Numbered from the stretch's first letter, positions 39,148 to 50,360 are shown. The stretch is 64,000 nt of DNA from Bacteroidales bacterium (GCA_003249255.1 QKJP01000029.1:94499-158498), one strand, 5' to 3'. Numbers and translations are program-made. The notes: generated by a model from the sequence alone, not told the origin.

Positions 39148-39942
39148 TTGAATACAAAAGTGGAAAAAAATAAATCCGGATTTACCATTAACTCCTGCAT
39201 CTCAAGTGGTATTGTCCTCCTTATGCTATTAGTGGGCGTCTTTCAAGTGTATGAAATGCATAAGCGATCGAAGCGTTTAGAAACTAAAAATCAAGTGCGA
39301 AAAGAGCTGTCCAAAATAAGTGCTAAAGAATCAGAGTTGAGAGACCATCTTCAGGCAATTGCACAAAAGTTGCAGCCGGTTCACTTATATACCAATAGTA
39401 CATCCGATTTTGAGTTGTATCTAAGTCCAAATATTTATTACAACAACGATTTAACTGGTGATGATGCAATATTGGAAGACTATGTCATTAAAATTGATGC
39501 TTTCCTAAAGCAAAATGGATCTGCGGGGTATACCGTGAAATATGTTCGTGATGATGTAGAAATCTATGTGATGAATTTGGATAATAACTCTAAGCTTCAT
39601 CCTGATTCTAATTATTATGCGCTTAAAATGTGGAAAGAATTTGATGAAGATAGCACTGGATATAAAAAACTGCCTGAAATATCTGTACTTTATTTACTCT
39701 TGAGCGAATCGGAATTAAAACAAGGAAAGGCTAACAGCTTATCTGATTTTTATTGGAAGAAAAAGATGAAGGAAATCAATTCAGAGAACAGATTTTGCTT
39801 CTCACCTTATAACCGAAGAGTAAGTCAGGAAAAGTTTGATTCAATTGTAGACTACTTTAAAGCGATGTATTTAGATGGGATGGATCTAAACAGGATAAAA
39901 AAATATAGTAAAGAAGTCTCTGTTAGTAGTTCTTATTTTTAA
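39148..39942 (+). CDS. hypothetical membrane-anchored protein
   Basis: N-terminal TM (GIVLLMLLVGVFQVY) then a coiled coil; 264 aa. Confidence 0.45.
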   Translation: MNTKVEKNKSGFTINSCISSGIVLLMLLVGVFQVYEMHKRSKRLETKNQVRKELSKISAKESELRDHLQAIAQKLQPVHLYTNSTSDFELYLSPNIYYNNDLTGDDAILEDYVIKIDAFLKQNGSAGYTVKYVRDDVEIYVMNLDNNSKLHPDSNYYALKMWKEFDEDSTGYKKLPEISVLYLLLSESELKQGKANSLSDFYWKKKMKEINSENRFCFSPYNRRVSQEKFDSIVDYFKAMYLDGMDLNRIKKYSKEVSVSSSYF

Positions 39943-39969
39943 ATAATTAGTTGAAAGAATTTTACATCA

Positions 39970-40788
39970 ATGACAAAATACAATCTAATCTTTCAACTTC
40001 TTTTTATTCCCTTCTTAATTTATTCTCAGAACGATAATGAATTCATCTGGGAAAATGCCATTGACCTTTATTTACAAGGAGATTATACAAATAGTATCAA
40101 TGAAATCAATCAAATTGATTCGTTATCCTTAACCTGCGAAATGATTGAGTTAAAACTAGAATGCTATCATCATCTAAGGAAATATGATGTGTGTATCGAT
40201 TACATTGAAAAGGCCAAGGAAATATGTTCTCTTAATTCGGTCACATTTACCAATCTGGGCGATAGTTATTTTAAGCAAAACCAAGTGGACAGTGCTATTG
40301 TTAACTTTTATATAGCTAATAAAATTGATCCTGAAAACCCAATTGTAAATTGGAATTTAGGACTCTGTAATTACCTGTTGTCCGATCTTAATAAAGCAAA
40401 GTTTTATTTAAAAGAATCGATTCGTAATCAAAATCCGGATTTAGATCCCTATGATTTGTTAATGCAGATTTATAATGAAACAAATTGTTCCGATAGTACT
40501 TTCTTATTGTTGAAGTCGCTCGAAAACCATGAGGATGTGGCTAGGGTAACATTAATGAAGGCATACGCTTATGGTAATCAACATAAGTATCGGAAGAGCC
40601 TGAAGATAATTGATAAAGTATTAGCAATGAATACAACTGATTATGCAACCAGATATAATTGTTATTTAAACAAATACTTAGCTTACACTCACATGAAGAA
40701 AGAAAGTAAGGCCTGTGAAATATATAAAATGATGCTTAGCTTATACCTAACGGCTGAAATACCAAAGTATTTTGAATGTGAAGAATGA
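39970..40788 (+). CDS. TPR-repeat protein (secreted)
   Basis: Signal peptide plus TPR-like 34-aa repeats (NLGDSYFKQNQVDSAIVNFYIANKIDPEN). Confidence 0.5.
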   Translation: MTKYNLIFQLLFIPFLIYSQNDNEFIWENAIDLYLQGDYTNSINEINQIDSLSLTCEMIELKLECYHHLRKYDVCIDYIEKAKEICSLNSVTFTNLGDSYFKQNQVDSAIVNFYIANKIDPENPIVNWNLGLCNYLLSDLNKAKFYLKESIRNQNPDLDPYDLLMQIYNETNCSDSTFLLLKSLENHEDVARVTLMKAYAYGNQHKYRKSLKIIDKVLAMNTTDYATRYNCYLNKYLAYTHMKKESKACEIYKMMLSLYLTAEIPKYFECEE

Positions 40789-40800
40789 TTTACAATTTTT

Positions 40801-41010
40801 GAGGTCAGTAAATAAGTACATTCCTGTATAAATCTATAAAAGCCCCTAAGTGGGCGATATCCCAAAGCCTTGCCTGTAAGGGCTAGGATATTAATCAGGT
40901 ATTATATTTAAGCGCCAATATATTCCTAGCCCTTCAGGCTAGGCTTAATGACACAGCATCTTTGATGCTAACGTATGCTTACTAATGATAAGTATTTAAA
41001 TACTTACCTC
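40801..41010 (-). mobile_element. Family-1 repeat, copy 2 (short variant lacking the central hairpin)
   Basis: Reverse-complement orientation with both TIRs present. The central ~70 bp are deleted relative to copies 1 and 4. Flanks are ACAATTTTT and TACATTTTT. Confidence 0.55.
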
Positions 41011-41091
41011 TATACATTTTTTTTATAACCCATCTATGTTAAGGATTAGTGTTATATTTACACTTTTAAAAAATGAGTATACATTTTCACC

Positions 41092-42021
41092 ATGAAGAAA
41101 ATTTTATTTGCCTTACTTCCAATACTTTTTGGGGCATGTGATAAAGATGAAGACGTACAACTTAAAAATCGTTCAGTACCTCAGTTTTCTATTGATAATA
41201 AATACTTGATAGAAAAAAAACAATATGGATCCGGTGTTCCCAATAGTGGACTTGATTATTATTATAATTCAGATAGACAGTTTGTAAAGAAAGTTCCATT
41301 TAAAATAAATCCCAAAGACGTAAAGATAAGCTTACCTGGTACCGACAGCGTTATTTATACTAATGGTTATCCTATGGAAGCTTTTTATCGATATTCTTTA
41401 GGTAATGGAATATATGGAAACAATAGTTTTTTCAACAAGCGATACATTGAAGTAGGACTTGATGATTACGAGGTTTCCTGGAGTGGGCATGAAGATTATT
41501 TAAGACATGAGAAATTCTCCTTTTCCGGATCCAGGCTTGATAGCATCAATTATTCCATTTATGACATAAAAAGAAATGAGTTGCTGTCAACAGGAGTGGT
41601 TAAATATGCTTATCGCAATAATAAAATTGTTTCATCAGAAACTATTGGAGAAGGGGAGAAGTTCAAAAACTATGCTTTTACCGAGTATCAATACGATGAT
41701 GATAACCTGTCTGAAATTAAAGAGAAGTTTTGGACTGAGGCTGTGGACGGAACAATGGTAGTTGATACCTTATATTCGACCGAGGAGTTTTTAGAATATA
41801 GTGAAAATATCAACCCTTATAAAGGAATGTTTCTTTCATTAGAAGTACGGGAAAAATCTTTTTCTAAAAATACATTTGCTTTGTATAAGGCCAATGTCGT
41901 ATCGTCAAAAGGAACTACCAATTATATGATATCTACCGATAAGATTTATTTCGATTTTTACGATTTTAAATACCCTGGAAAAGATCATAAAGGGTTAAAC
42001 TTTTATTTTAAGCCGGATTAA
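41092..42021 (+). CDS. hypothetical lipoprotein
   Basis: Lipobox ILFGACDKD; 309 aa. Confidence 0.5.
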   Translation: MKKILFALLPILFGACDKDEDVQLKNRSVPQFSIDNKYLIEKKQYGSGVPNSGLDYYYNSDRQFVKKVPFKINPKDVKISLPGTDSVIYTNGYPMEAFYRYSLGNGIYGNNSFFNKRYIEVGLDDYEVSWSGHEDYLRHEKFSFSGSRLDSINYSIYDIKRNELLSTGVVKYAYRNNKIVSSETIGEGEKFKNYAFTEYQYDDDNLSEIKEKFWTEAVDGTMVVDTLYSTEEFLEYSENINPYKGMFLSLEVREKSFSKNTFALYKANVVSSKGTTNYMISTDKIYFDFYDFKYPGKDHKGLNFYFKPD

Positions 42022-42033
42022 ATCTATTGTAAA

Positions 42034-42477
42034 ATGGAAACATTTATAAAAGCCATCAGCTATTTCATTATCCTTATTGGCATCATATTCTTATTGTTTA
42101 CTTTTAATAATCTGTGGGAATCGCTTGTAGAGTATCAGGATTCAACCCACACAACAGGTGAAGTGTTGAGAGTAGAAACAACGAATGAAACAGATGCTTA
42201 CGGAAGCATGCAGACTTATTATACCCCTGTGGTGAAATTTGAAGATCAAATGGGCTTAGTTCATCAACTAAAGGTTATACGTGGTGCAAGTATTCCTGTT
42301 TATTCAGCTGGAGAGATGATTGATATAATGTATCCTCAGCGAGATTATTCAAAGGTTGAAGTCATTGATTTTGCACAATATTGGGGATCTAAACTATTTA
42401 TGTTTTTCTTAAGTTTTGGTGTCTTTTCTTTTGGGTTTTTACCCTTGTGGCTGATGAAAAGAAGTTCTAGGAAGTAG
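42034..42477 (+). CDS. DUF3592-like small membrane protein
   Basis: TM, beta-rich core, then TM topology; 147 aa. Confidence 0.45.
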   Translation: METFIKAISYFIILIGIIFLLFTFNNLWESLVEYQDSTHTTGEVLRVETTNETDAYGSMQTYYTPVVKFEDQMGLVHQLKVIRGASIPVYSAGEMIDIMYPQRDYSKVEVIDFAQYWGSKLFMFFLSFGVFSFGFLPLWLMKRSSRK

Positions 42478-42732
42478 GTAGAGGTATCCAATGTGCTGGT
42501 GAGCTAATGAGAAAATGTGCTAATTAAGTCTTTAGTTGTTTGAAGTTTAGTGATTGCAAAAAAAAACAATGTAGACTAATACCATTTTAACTATAGCATG
42601 AACACTTGGTAAAATGCCGCTCGACTAATGGCAGCGTTAAATGCGTAGCGGATTTAACGCTCATGACATTAGCATAGCGGTATAAGTTAATTTGCAAATT
42701 TGCACATTTATTAATTCTCACCTGTAAGACTT

Positions 42733-43464
42733 TTATAGCATTCCGCAATACTTTTCCCGTACAGCGAGATGTCTCGGATTGGCCTCAGGAGTAGGTACGG
42801 TACTGTTGTGCAAGGGTGGAGGAAAGCCTTCAGCTTTTCGGCGTTCAAAATCTACCTGGCGAAATTTATCAAAAGCTGTGCCAGGAGGTAATGGCCTATT
42901 TTTATCCATATACCATAAGATAAAGGCCAGATTATCGTCTGGATCATACCCCGGAACTTGAAGAATAGAACTGTTGGCAGCTACATAACTGGTTTTAGAG
43001 TTTGGCCCTTCCATTTTGTAGTGATGGCTGGTCTCAATTCTGAGTTGAGTATCTTTTAAAATTATCCGTTTAGATGTATTGTTTTTTAATCCGGATGCAA
43101 TTATTTCCCCACTTAACCTATTTAAATGGATTCGGTGCATTTTTTTGTTTTTAGTCCTTTTGTAAAACCAACGAGTAAGTAGACCAAAAGGTAAGGTTAT
43201 CGTTAAAAAAATAATGATCTGAACAAAGTCGAGCCTAAATGAGAAATGTAGACCTATGCCAAGCAAAAATACAAAAGCAAAGGTGCCTAGTATAATTTGA
43301 TTGCTTCCTCGATCATAAGTATCAAAGATGATTTCTTTATCTGATAAAGAGATGATTGTGGGCGGATATTTTTTATTGTTTAGATCTTCCTCGTTTATGG
43401 CAGGAGGTGTCCTGTAGATAGTTTGAATAATTGAGGGTTTTCGACTCATGTCGTTTTTGTACAT
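42733..43464 (-). CDS. hypothetical 2-TM membrane protein, paralog of 4232..5077
   Basis: Shares the C-terminal WYMDKNRPLPPGTAFDKFRQVDFERRKAEGFPPPL module. It directly abuts the upstream lipoprotein gene with a 0-nt gap. Confidence 0.5.
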   Translation of the reverse strand: MYKNDMSRKPSIIQTIYRTPPAINEEDLNNKKYPPTIISLSDKEIIFDTYDRGSNQIILGTFAFVFLLGIGLHFSFRLDFVQIIIFLTITLPFGLLTRWFYKRTKNKKMHRIHLNRLSGEIIASGLKNNTSKRIILKDTQLRIETSHHYKMEGPNSKTSYVAANSSILQVPGYDPDDNLAFILWYMDKNRPLPPGTAFDKFRQVDFERRKAEGFPPPLHNSTVPTPEANPRHLAVREKYCGML

Positions 43465-44571
43465 TTATTTAAAGTCTCTAAATTTAACAATTCCAAAGTC
43501 CTTTTGAGTTTTTAAGCTATGATGAACTTTCACTTCATCATTACCCATATCATTACAAGAGTAGTCATCTGTACCTATTTTATACAAGAAGTAGTCCTTT
43601 TTATCTTCATCGTATTTAAATGTGGTTACGACAAAGGATTTGTCACAAGCTCCATAAAGTTCTTCAATTGAAAAGTAACCATTCTTAATGGTGATTCCCT
43701 GAAATGGATCTCCCACTCCTGCACCTCCACAATCAGAGCACCCAACCAGATGATTATTTCTACCGGCAAATCTAAAATAAGGAAATCCTCCCCGCGTTTC
43801 TAATAGTACCACTTCCCGGTCAAAAGCATCCTCGATTGGAGTGAGTGCTTCGTTGCTAACTGTGTTTTCTAGTACCGCAATAAAATCATCAAAACCATCT
43901 TTGTTCAGATCACCTTTGGTCCAATACATCAGTTTGTAGCTTGAAGATGAGGCAATCAGGTAGGTGGAAATAACTTGTGCCGTGTCAATTGTTGTAGAAT
44001 TTTCGTGTTGAAAAAATAGGTATTTATTGCAGCCTTCAGCAATCTTTACAAAGTAAGTCATTGAGTTACCATAATTCTGAATAACAAAGTTTTCTTTCAC
44101 CGGATCGTAAAAAGCTTCAGTCTCCGTAGGCAAAGGTAGGGGCTCTTTTTCTTGAATGAGAGAGTCCGGAATATCATCACCATACTCAAGGCCTAATTCG
44201 CCCTCGTTTGCATGCCATTCAAAGTTTTTAAATCTGAAGAAAGGCTTGTTTTTCGAGTTGTAAATGATATCTAAGGAGTCAGAATGTGTTCTTTTGGGAG
44301 ATTGAAATTTATAAAAGAGCTGATTGTTTTTTAAGCTTATCTCAAACGAAAGCTTACATTCGGTATTTATCCAATTGCCAATAATTTGCTCCTTGTCAAC
44401 TTCGTAGTTTTTTTCCTCTTTAACCAAGCTAAGTGTGTCTACTTCGCTTTTTTTATCTATTAGATTCTTTTTCTTAACGACGATGCTATCGTTCTGATCT
44501 TGGCTTATTTTGCTTGGTTTTTGAGAACAAGAAATGAAAAGAATCAATGAAAAGAATAGAGTAGGTTTCAT
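43465..44571 (-). CDS. hypothetical lipoprotein
   Basis: Lipobox LILFISCSQ; 368 aa; forms an operon with 42733..43464. Confidence 0.5.
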   Translation of the reverse strand: MKPTLFFSLILFISCSQKPSKISQDQNDSIVVKKKNLIDKKSEVDTLSLVKEEKNYEVDKEQIIGNWINTECKLSFEISLKNNQLFYKFQSPKRTHSDSLDIIYNSKNKPFFRFKNFEWHANEGELGLEYGDDIPDSLIQEKEPLPLPTETEAFYDPVKENFVIQNYGNSMTYFVKIAEGCNKYLFFQHENSTTIDTAQVISTYLIASSSSYKLMYWTKGDLNKDGFDDFIAVLENTVSNEALTPIEDAFDREVVLLETRGGFPYFRFAGRNNHLVGCSDCGGAGVGDPFQGITIKNGYFSIEELYGACDKSFVVTTFKYDEDKKDYFLYKIGTDDYSCNDMGNDEVKVHHSLKTQKDFGIVKFRDFK

Positions 44572-44753
44572 GAATGAGATTTAGTTTTGGGTTAAGTTAC
44601 ATTTTCTAACTGTGATTGTGATTCCGGATTTAAACAAAACAATATATTTTCAACCACTAAAAACGCGAAATACACGAAAAGTAAAATCTGCTTGCTAATT
44701 TGTTTTTGTGGTTAGTGGCTTTATGTAGAGGACAGTCTATTGTCGGATTAGGG

Positions 44754-45677
44754 CTAATCAATCTCTAACACTTTTTTTATCCATAAAATACAATCCACTT
44801 CTTCTATTACCGACCAGGAGTGAGGATGACGAAAACCATGACTTCTTTTAGCCGGTCTGTCTGCGATGATTAATTCGGCTCTGTTGTTTCCTTGCAATAA
44901 AAGCTTGTTTATCATGGCTGAAGCGCATAGGATGTTCATGTCGAATAAATCTCTTCTTCTGTTTTTTAATTGCCACACAATATCCGGGTCATGGTGTAAT
45001 CTTACAGCCGTATTAAGTAAGTATTTCATATTTCCACCATCATCAGCGCCATTATAAAAAGGGGAGTGCTTGATGTAGTTTTCTAAATTGGTTTCAGGAG
45101 TTCCTTTTAAATCTCTTTCTAACCTTTTGAGGTAGAACCTCGCTTCTGTCATTGCAGCATCTGAATAATTCTTTTTCAATTCCCGTTTAAACGTGTAGTA
45201 GATATCTATCAGGTCAACCGGAGAATCAGCTGTAAAGACTGCCTGAGGATCAATCACTGCCTTTTGAGGATACTGTTTGCAATATTCTGTGAAACTTAAG
45301 GACATCACACCGCCGGCAGAGAAACCTCCAATGGCAAATTTATCTTTAGAAACCTTATAACGTTTGATAACATCTTCCAGCACTAAATTCATTTCGTTAA
45401 TAATGCTATCGTTTAAGTATATCGTTTCTTGACCATAAGACATGGCCACTACCAATAAATTATGTAAGTAGGCTACGTTGTGTAATTTGCTGTCCGGAAA
45501 GATGGTTTCGGGTTCTTGTGTGCCTCCGGGTAATAATACAAGTACCCCTTTGATTTCATCTTTAGGTTCCACAACAAAGTAGCTTTCATGGGCTTTGTTA
45601 AAAGTTATTTCTTTTACAGATTGACTAAATAGAATTGTAGATGAACAAATAAGTAGTAGAGTTAAAATAGATTTCAT
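44754..45677 (-). CDS. alpha/beta-hydrolase (esterase/lipase) family protein, secreted
   Basis: Signal peptide and a GGFSAGG nucleophile elbow (GxSxG). Confidence 0.65.
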   Translation of the reverse strand: MKSILTLLLICSSTILFSQSVKEITFNKAHESYFVVEPKDEIKGVLVLLPGGTQEPETIFPDSKLHNVAYLHNLLVVAMSYGQETIYLNDSIINEMNLVLEDVIKRYKVSKDKFAIGGFSAGGVMSLSFTEYCKQYPQKAVIDPQAVFTADSPVDLIDIYYTFKRELKKNYSDAAMTEARFYLKRLERDLKGTPETNLENYIKHSPFYNGADDGGNMKYLLNTAVRLHHDPDIVWQLKNRRRDLFDMNILCASAMINKLLLQGNNRAELIIADRPAKRSHGFRHPHSWSVIEEVDCILWIKKVLEID

Positions 45678-45681
45678 GGTC

Positions 45682-46083
45682 TTATGCTTTAGATGTTACC
45701 TGATTTTTTACCGGGATTAATTTGAATTTATCCATTACAAAGATTAAAAACACGCCAAGCGTATAGGCGATCATATCATTCCAATCAAAAGAGTGACCAA
45801 TGGTTAAATCTAAAAAAGTGCTCCTGTTGAAACCAAGTAATTGGGTAATGTTTATCATTTGTAAAATCTCAACCAGGTATGCAAAAAGTAAAACTCCAAC
45901 ACTAAGTTGAAGCGCTTTAAAATTGAATAAACCTTTTACAAGGGCATAGATGAGTATCACTACCAAAAAATCACCAAAGACAGGTCGTAGAATGGTGTTT
46001 TTAAACAAAGTGGCAATGAATACTTCAAGGATAAAAATGATTAATGCCAGAATGAGGTAAGTTTTTTGCGTGTTGAATTTCAT
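45682..46083 (-). CDS. DUF2809-like small membrane protein
   Basis: 133 aa with 3-4 TM helices, 4 bp downstream of the hydrolase gene. Confidence 0.4.
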   Translation of the reverse strand: MKFNTQKTYLILALIIFILEVFIATLFKNTILRPVFGDFLVVILIYALVKGLFNFKALQLSVGVLLFAYLVEILQMINITQLLGFNRSTFLDLTIGHSFDWNDMIAYTLGVFLIFVMDKFKLIPVKNQVTSKA

Positions 46084-46088
46084 GTTGG

Positions 46089-46892
46089 TTATTTACAGTA
46101 ATTAGAGATGGCAGAAGAATCCACTACATTATATTCGTACGCTTTTTGAATGTTCACACAAGCATTGATGCTATCACCTGAAAGCAGGTAGGCATCCGCC
46201 AAATCTTTGTAAATTTCATAACTGTCGCTCATTTCAAGCGCTCTTTCGTAATCAGCAATTGCATCTTTAGCGTTGCCAACATTAAAATTACATACACCTC
46301 TGTTCCAATAGAGGTTTTCGGTAGCGACACAGCCTTTATGAGCCTTTCGGTCAATCACAATGTTATAAGCTTTCAAAGCATTTTCGTAGTCATAATCGGC
46401 AAAATAAGAACTGGCAATTTTTGAATAGATGGTTGAATCTTGTTCCAGCTTTAGATACATATAAAAGTCGTTAACAGCTTCCTGGTACAAAGAAATATTC
46501 ATGTAGCATAAGCCTCTGTTTTTATAAGCCAAGCCATTGTCTTTAACAAGTTTGATGTATTCCTCAAAGCACTCAAGAGCTCTGCCATAATTCATGATTT
46601 CCAGGTTGCTGGTGCCATTTTTAAACCAGTTGTCGTAATCATTAGGATCTATTTCGATGAGCTGCTCATAGGTATAGATGGCACTGTCTTGAATGTCGTT
46701 TAATGTATATTGTAAGGCTTTCGCCTTTAAGTAATAATAGTCATTATGGTCGAGTTGAAGCAGTTTGTTTAAATAGCATTGAGTTTTTTTGTCGTTTGAT
46801 AGATTGTGGGCAAACTCCGCTTTTTTATAATAGGTAAAGGGTGAGCATCCCATAAGGATAAGGACGATAATGATGTTAATTGCAATTCTCAT
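46089..46892 (-). CDS. TPR-repeat lipoprotein
   Basis: Lipobox LILMGCSP plus TPR repeats. Confidence 0.55.
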   Translation of the reverse strand: MRIAINIIIVLILMGCSPFTYYKKAEFAHNLSNDKKTQCYLNKLLQLDHNDYYYLKAKALQYTLNDIQDSAIYTYEQLIEIDPNDYDNWFKNGTSNLEIMNYGRALECFEEYIKLVKDNGLAYKNRGLCYMNISLYQEAVNDFYMYLKLEQDSTIYSKIASSYFADYDYENALKAYNIVIDRKAHKGCVATENLYWNRGVCNFNVGNAKDAIADYERALEMSDSYEIYKDLADAYLLSGDSINACVNIQKAYEYNVVDSSAISNYCK

Positions 46893-47067
46893 AAATGAAT
46901 GGTTGGTAATAAGTTTTTGAAGAAAAACTCGCTCAAATATACTTATTTATACATAAGCACATGGTATGGTGTTCCAATTAATCGTTTGAAATCAGTTAAG
47001 TCAATCTTGATTTTTTATCATATTTTATTAAAATTGACATGGTCATAACTCTTAAAAGATAATCATC

Positions 47068-47484
47068 ATGGCAGCAGATGTTGATTTTAACCTAGAATTA
47101 AATGCCGGTAAGCTTAGCGTTCCTTCTGAAATTGGGTTTTTGTTTAAATACTTGCAAAAGTTAATCGAGATATCACCGGATGATATTTCTTTTAAAGAAG
47201 CCAAAACATTGAATTTATTTTTTGTTTCCCGCAAAAAGGTGAAAACCCTCAAATCCTTTTTGTGGCATTTTAAAGTAGAAAAGATTAAGGTGTTAAAAAA
47301 GACCTCCTTAACAAGCGCTGATATCGCACAAAATAAAGGTGGGTGTTTAGATCAGATTTTATTCTTTAGTTTTCATAAGGCTGCATGGATCATAAAGGGT
47401 GGGCCGGATTCTTTTCACGAATTGAATGGTCAAAAAATAACAAAAACGAAACTTGGAAGGCTCATCAAGCACAAGTTTTTATAA
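47068..47484 (+). CDS. hypothetical protein
   Basis: 138-aa basic ORF with no domain. It overlaps a 66-aa antisense ORF. Confidence 0.3.
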   Translation: MAADVDFNLELNAGKLSVPSEIGFLFKYLQKLIEISPDDISFKEAKTLNLFFVSRKKVKTLKSFLWHFKVEKIKVLKKTSLTSADIAQNKGGCLDQILFFSFHKAAWIIKGGPDSFHELNGQKITKTKLGRLIKHKFL

Positions 47485-47622
47485 CAGTTTAAAAATGAAG
47501 AACGCTTTCTTCTTGTATTTTAAATCGATCTCACAAGCATGGTAGATGGTTGGAAAGAGTTTAACTGAGCATCACAAGTGAAAGAGTAAATTGGCACATT
47601 CTCACATTTTTAAATATGCATT

Positions 47623-47847
47623 TTAAACACTTTCATCATTTTTAGAATGGTTTTTTAATTCGATGGCAGTATTAATCATAGCCCATGCCGTATTGCTTTT
47701 TACACCCAATTCGCGGCCTACCTGATAAGTGGTTATGTTTTCACCATTACCAAATAATTCAAGTGCTTTAAAACAAAGGTCTTCACCGTAAATTTGAATC
47801 ATTCGCTGAGCGTTCCTACTTAATTTTTTCTTAGTTTTTTTTTCCAT
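47623..47847 (-). CDS. small hypothetical protein
   Basis: 74-aa Lys-rich ORF. Confidence 0.3.
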   Translation of the reverse strand: MEKKTKKKLSRNAQRMIQIYGEDLCFKALELFGNGENITTYQVGRELGVKSNTAWAMINTAIELKNHSKNDESV

Positions 47848-48003
47848 GTTACTTTGTTATTTGATGTTAGGTTTTTACTTCAATAAAAATACCTTTCTAT
47901 TTAGATAAGTATTGTTTGTTTTTTCGAAATTGTGCTTTTGGAGACAGCTAAATGGCAAACAAGAATCCTTACTAATTAGCACATTCAAGACTTTTATCCA
48001 TTG

Positions 48004-48594
48004 TTATTCTGTCATAAAATTAAGGCTATAAATAATTCCCACTTTTATTCCCCATGAAAAGGTAATGAGTTTATCTTCAATTTCATAATCAGACGAATGA
48101 AGTAAGCGGGTGGTGTGGGCTACACAAAATGAAAAGTTAGACCAGCGATGTCTGTACTCTATTTCAGCTAAACCTGAAGCTCCAAATTTAGAGTCATTGT
48201 TATCTGGGTGGGTCAATAAAGCTCCCGTGAATAAGCCGTTTACAAAGAGTGATTTATTGCCTAAATATAAAACCGGATAACCATAGCCGATGCCTATGTC
48301 CATCATCACATTTTTGTTAAGTGGATGGTAAATGGCATATTGTCCACTGGCTATAATTTTTCCCCAGTTTGAGTTTTCATATTCAGTGCGAAAGGATGGG
48401 CCAATCTCGGAGCCGCCAACAAGATGTGCGCCTATGTTGATAGATTTCTGAACAGGTTCTTCGTTTTTGGGTTTATTGTTTTTTGCTGAGGCACACCATG
48501 AAAAAAGTCCTCCTAAAAGAAGTGTGAAGTAAAATGGTTTAAGCATTGATGTTTGGTGTTTTGTATTGTTGTGATTTAGTCTAGCTGACTGCAA
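48004..48594 (-). CDS. hypothetical secreted / outer-membrane beta-barrel-like protein
   Basis: An internal Met (MLKPFYFTLLLGG) gives a signal peptide. Alternating Gly/aromatic beta pattern. Confidence 0.45.
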   Translation of the reverse strand: MQSARLNHNNTKHQTSMLKPFYFTLLLGGLFSWCASAKNNKPKNEEPVQKSINIGAHLVGGSEIGPSFRTEYENSNWGKIIASGQYAIYHPLNKNVMMDIGIGYGYPVLYLGNKSLFVNGLFTGALLTHPDNNDSKFGASGLAEIEYRHRWSNFSFCVAHTTRLLHSSDYEIEDKLITFSWGIKVGIIYSLNFMTE

Positions 48595-48630
48595 AGATAC
48601 TATCTCAAAAGTATTTTAACTTAATGTGAA

Positions 48631-49329
48631 CTAATGATTTTGTTTTAGAATGGAAATGCTCCGATTGATTTCGGATAAAATTCGACTATCCGGGAGTGCC
48701 TGTTTCTCTGTTTCTAACCAGGCTAAACTTTCAGGGAATGCACTATAGGCTTGTGTGATTTTCCATTTGATAAGTTCGTTCGATGAGTGTTTTTGATAGC
48801 AACAATTTAATGCATGAAAAGCCTCTTGATCCGGTTTGTAAAAACATATAAACCCAATGGCATCAATGGCCTCAGAGAGTTGTATTTCTTCAGCATCTTC
48901 AATAAATACGATTAATTCAATCAGAGCAGGATGCCCCATTCGACTTAATATACGGGCCGCCAGATCTCTTGGAAGAGGATAACTCTTTTTCTGAAATTGT
49001 TTATTCGGTATTTGTTTGTGTTGGTTATTGCCAATTTTGCCTAATTGTTTGATAAGTGCTTTGATGGCTGGTTGGCCACAGGAGCAGAGGAGCTCTGAAA
49101 GTTCAATTTTTGGGTAAAGTTTTTTCTCTGTCTTTAAAGCTTGAACTAATGTTTCGATATGATCGGTACAATCCCGATGTTTTAATAAGCGGGCAGCTAA
49201 AGTACGTTCTTGAGCTGTTTTGCTTTTTAGCAGGTTTAATAATTCTGAAATCGAATGATTGTAAGTTGATAAAGGATGATTTTCAGGTAAATATCCTCGG
49301 TTATTTAGTTGAGAGTTGGTGCTTTTCAT
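48631..49329 (-). CDS. HEAT-repeat (PBS-lyase-like) protein
   Basis: Repeating ~30-aa helical units (LAARLLKHRD..., LAARILSRMGHPALIELI). Confidence 0.45.
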   Translation of the reverse strand: MKSTNSQLNNRGYLPENHPLSTYNHSISELLNLLKSKTAQERTLAARLLKHRDCTDHIETLVQALKTEKKLYPKIELSELLCSCGQPAIKALIKQLGKIGNNQHKQIPNKQFQKKSYPLPRDLAARILSRMGHPALIELIVFIEDAEEIQLSEAIDAIGFICFYKPDQEAFHALNCCYQKHSSNELIKWKITQAYSAFPESLAWLETEKQALPDSRILSEINRSISILKQNH

Positions 49330-49590
49330 AACAAAATCGATTCAAAATAAAATGCCGAAAAAACTGATTTTTCGGCATTTGTAATAGGATGAATGTTTTT
49401 TATAAATAACTCTGTCACAATAAAAGGTTGGCAAGTTTCGTAGAAAATCGAACTTTCTGACACATAGACCGATGTCCGAAGCCTGTTTTTATTATAGAAA
49501 AACTCTTTCAATTGCTTTAGTTAGCTAGAAGCTAAGGGCTAGAAGCTAGAGGCTTTTGATGGTAATTCAATCCTATACGGTGATTTAGAC

Positions 49591-50232
49591 TTAAAAATTA
49601 TATCTGGCACCAATGCCTCCATTTACATCTGTGGCAAAGAAATCATCGTAGATCTCAATAAATAGAGTGGCATCTAAGAAAAATGAAATTGGCGTATTCT
49701 CTAAAAAATACTCTAAACCAATGGTTGCATCAGCTCCAAAGTCAATGTTGGTTACTTCTTCTTGTATATTGCTGTACCATCTCGAATTATCAAAGTATGT
49801 ATAGTAATATGTGTATTTTTGATGACTGATCATCCCTCCAAAACCATAGTACCAATAGAATCCTTTTGCGCCATCCAGATTGATCGATTTATGAATCAGG
49901 TAATGTACTTGCAGCGCAATTGGAGTTGTTGCATCATAGCCTTGGTATGAGTATGAAGTGTATTTGTACTTGTCTTTGTACCAATTGTAAAAATTATCTT
50001 CGAAATACTTTTTATCCCGGTTAAAATTCGTTTTACCCAAGTTTATTTCAAGGGCAGAATTATTACCAAGGTATTTTTTTGCGGTAAAGCCTGCCGGATC
50101 TCCTAATCTTAAACCAAGTCCCCAATTGTATTTTCCGGTTGTGTTACTGTATGAGTTTCCGTTCTTTTGAGCAAAGGAATTTTGAACGCACACTGATATT
50201 AAAAACAATAGAATAAATCCTAACTTTTTCAT
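49591..50232 (-). CDS. outer-membrane beta-barrel protein
   Basis: Signal peptide, Tyr/Gly-rich alternating strands, and a C-terminal ...RYNF. Confidence 0.55.
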   Translation of the reverse strand: MKKLGFILLFLISVCVQNSFAQKNGNSYSNTTGKYNWGLGLRLGDPAGFTAKKYLGNNSALEINLGKTNFNRDKKYFEDNFYNWYKDKYKYTSYSYQGYDATTPIALQVHYLIHKSINLDGAKGFYWYYGFGGMISHQKYTYYYTYFDNSRWYSNIQEEVTNIDFGADATIGLEYFLENTPISFFLDATLFIEIYDDFFATDVNGGIGARYNF

Positions 50233-50360
50233 GTTTATTGCAATTTTTGATTGTGGTGGCGAAGATAGTTTTTTTTAATAAATTCGACTTCGTAAGTAGG
50301 TATAAAAGAAAAGCCTGCTAATTTCAAAAAGTTAGCAGGCTTTTATAATAGAACTGAATA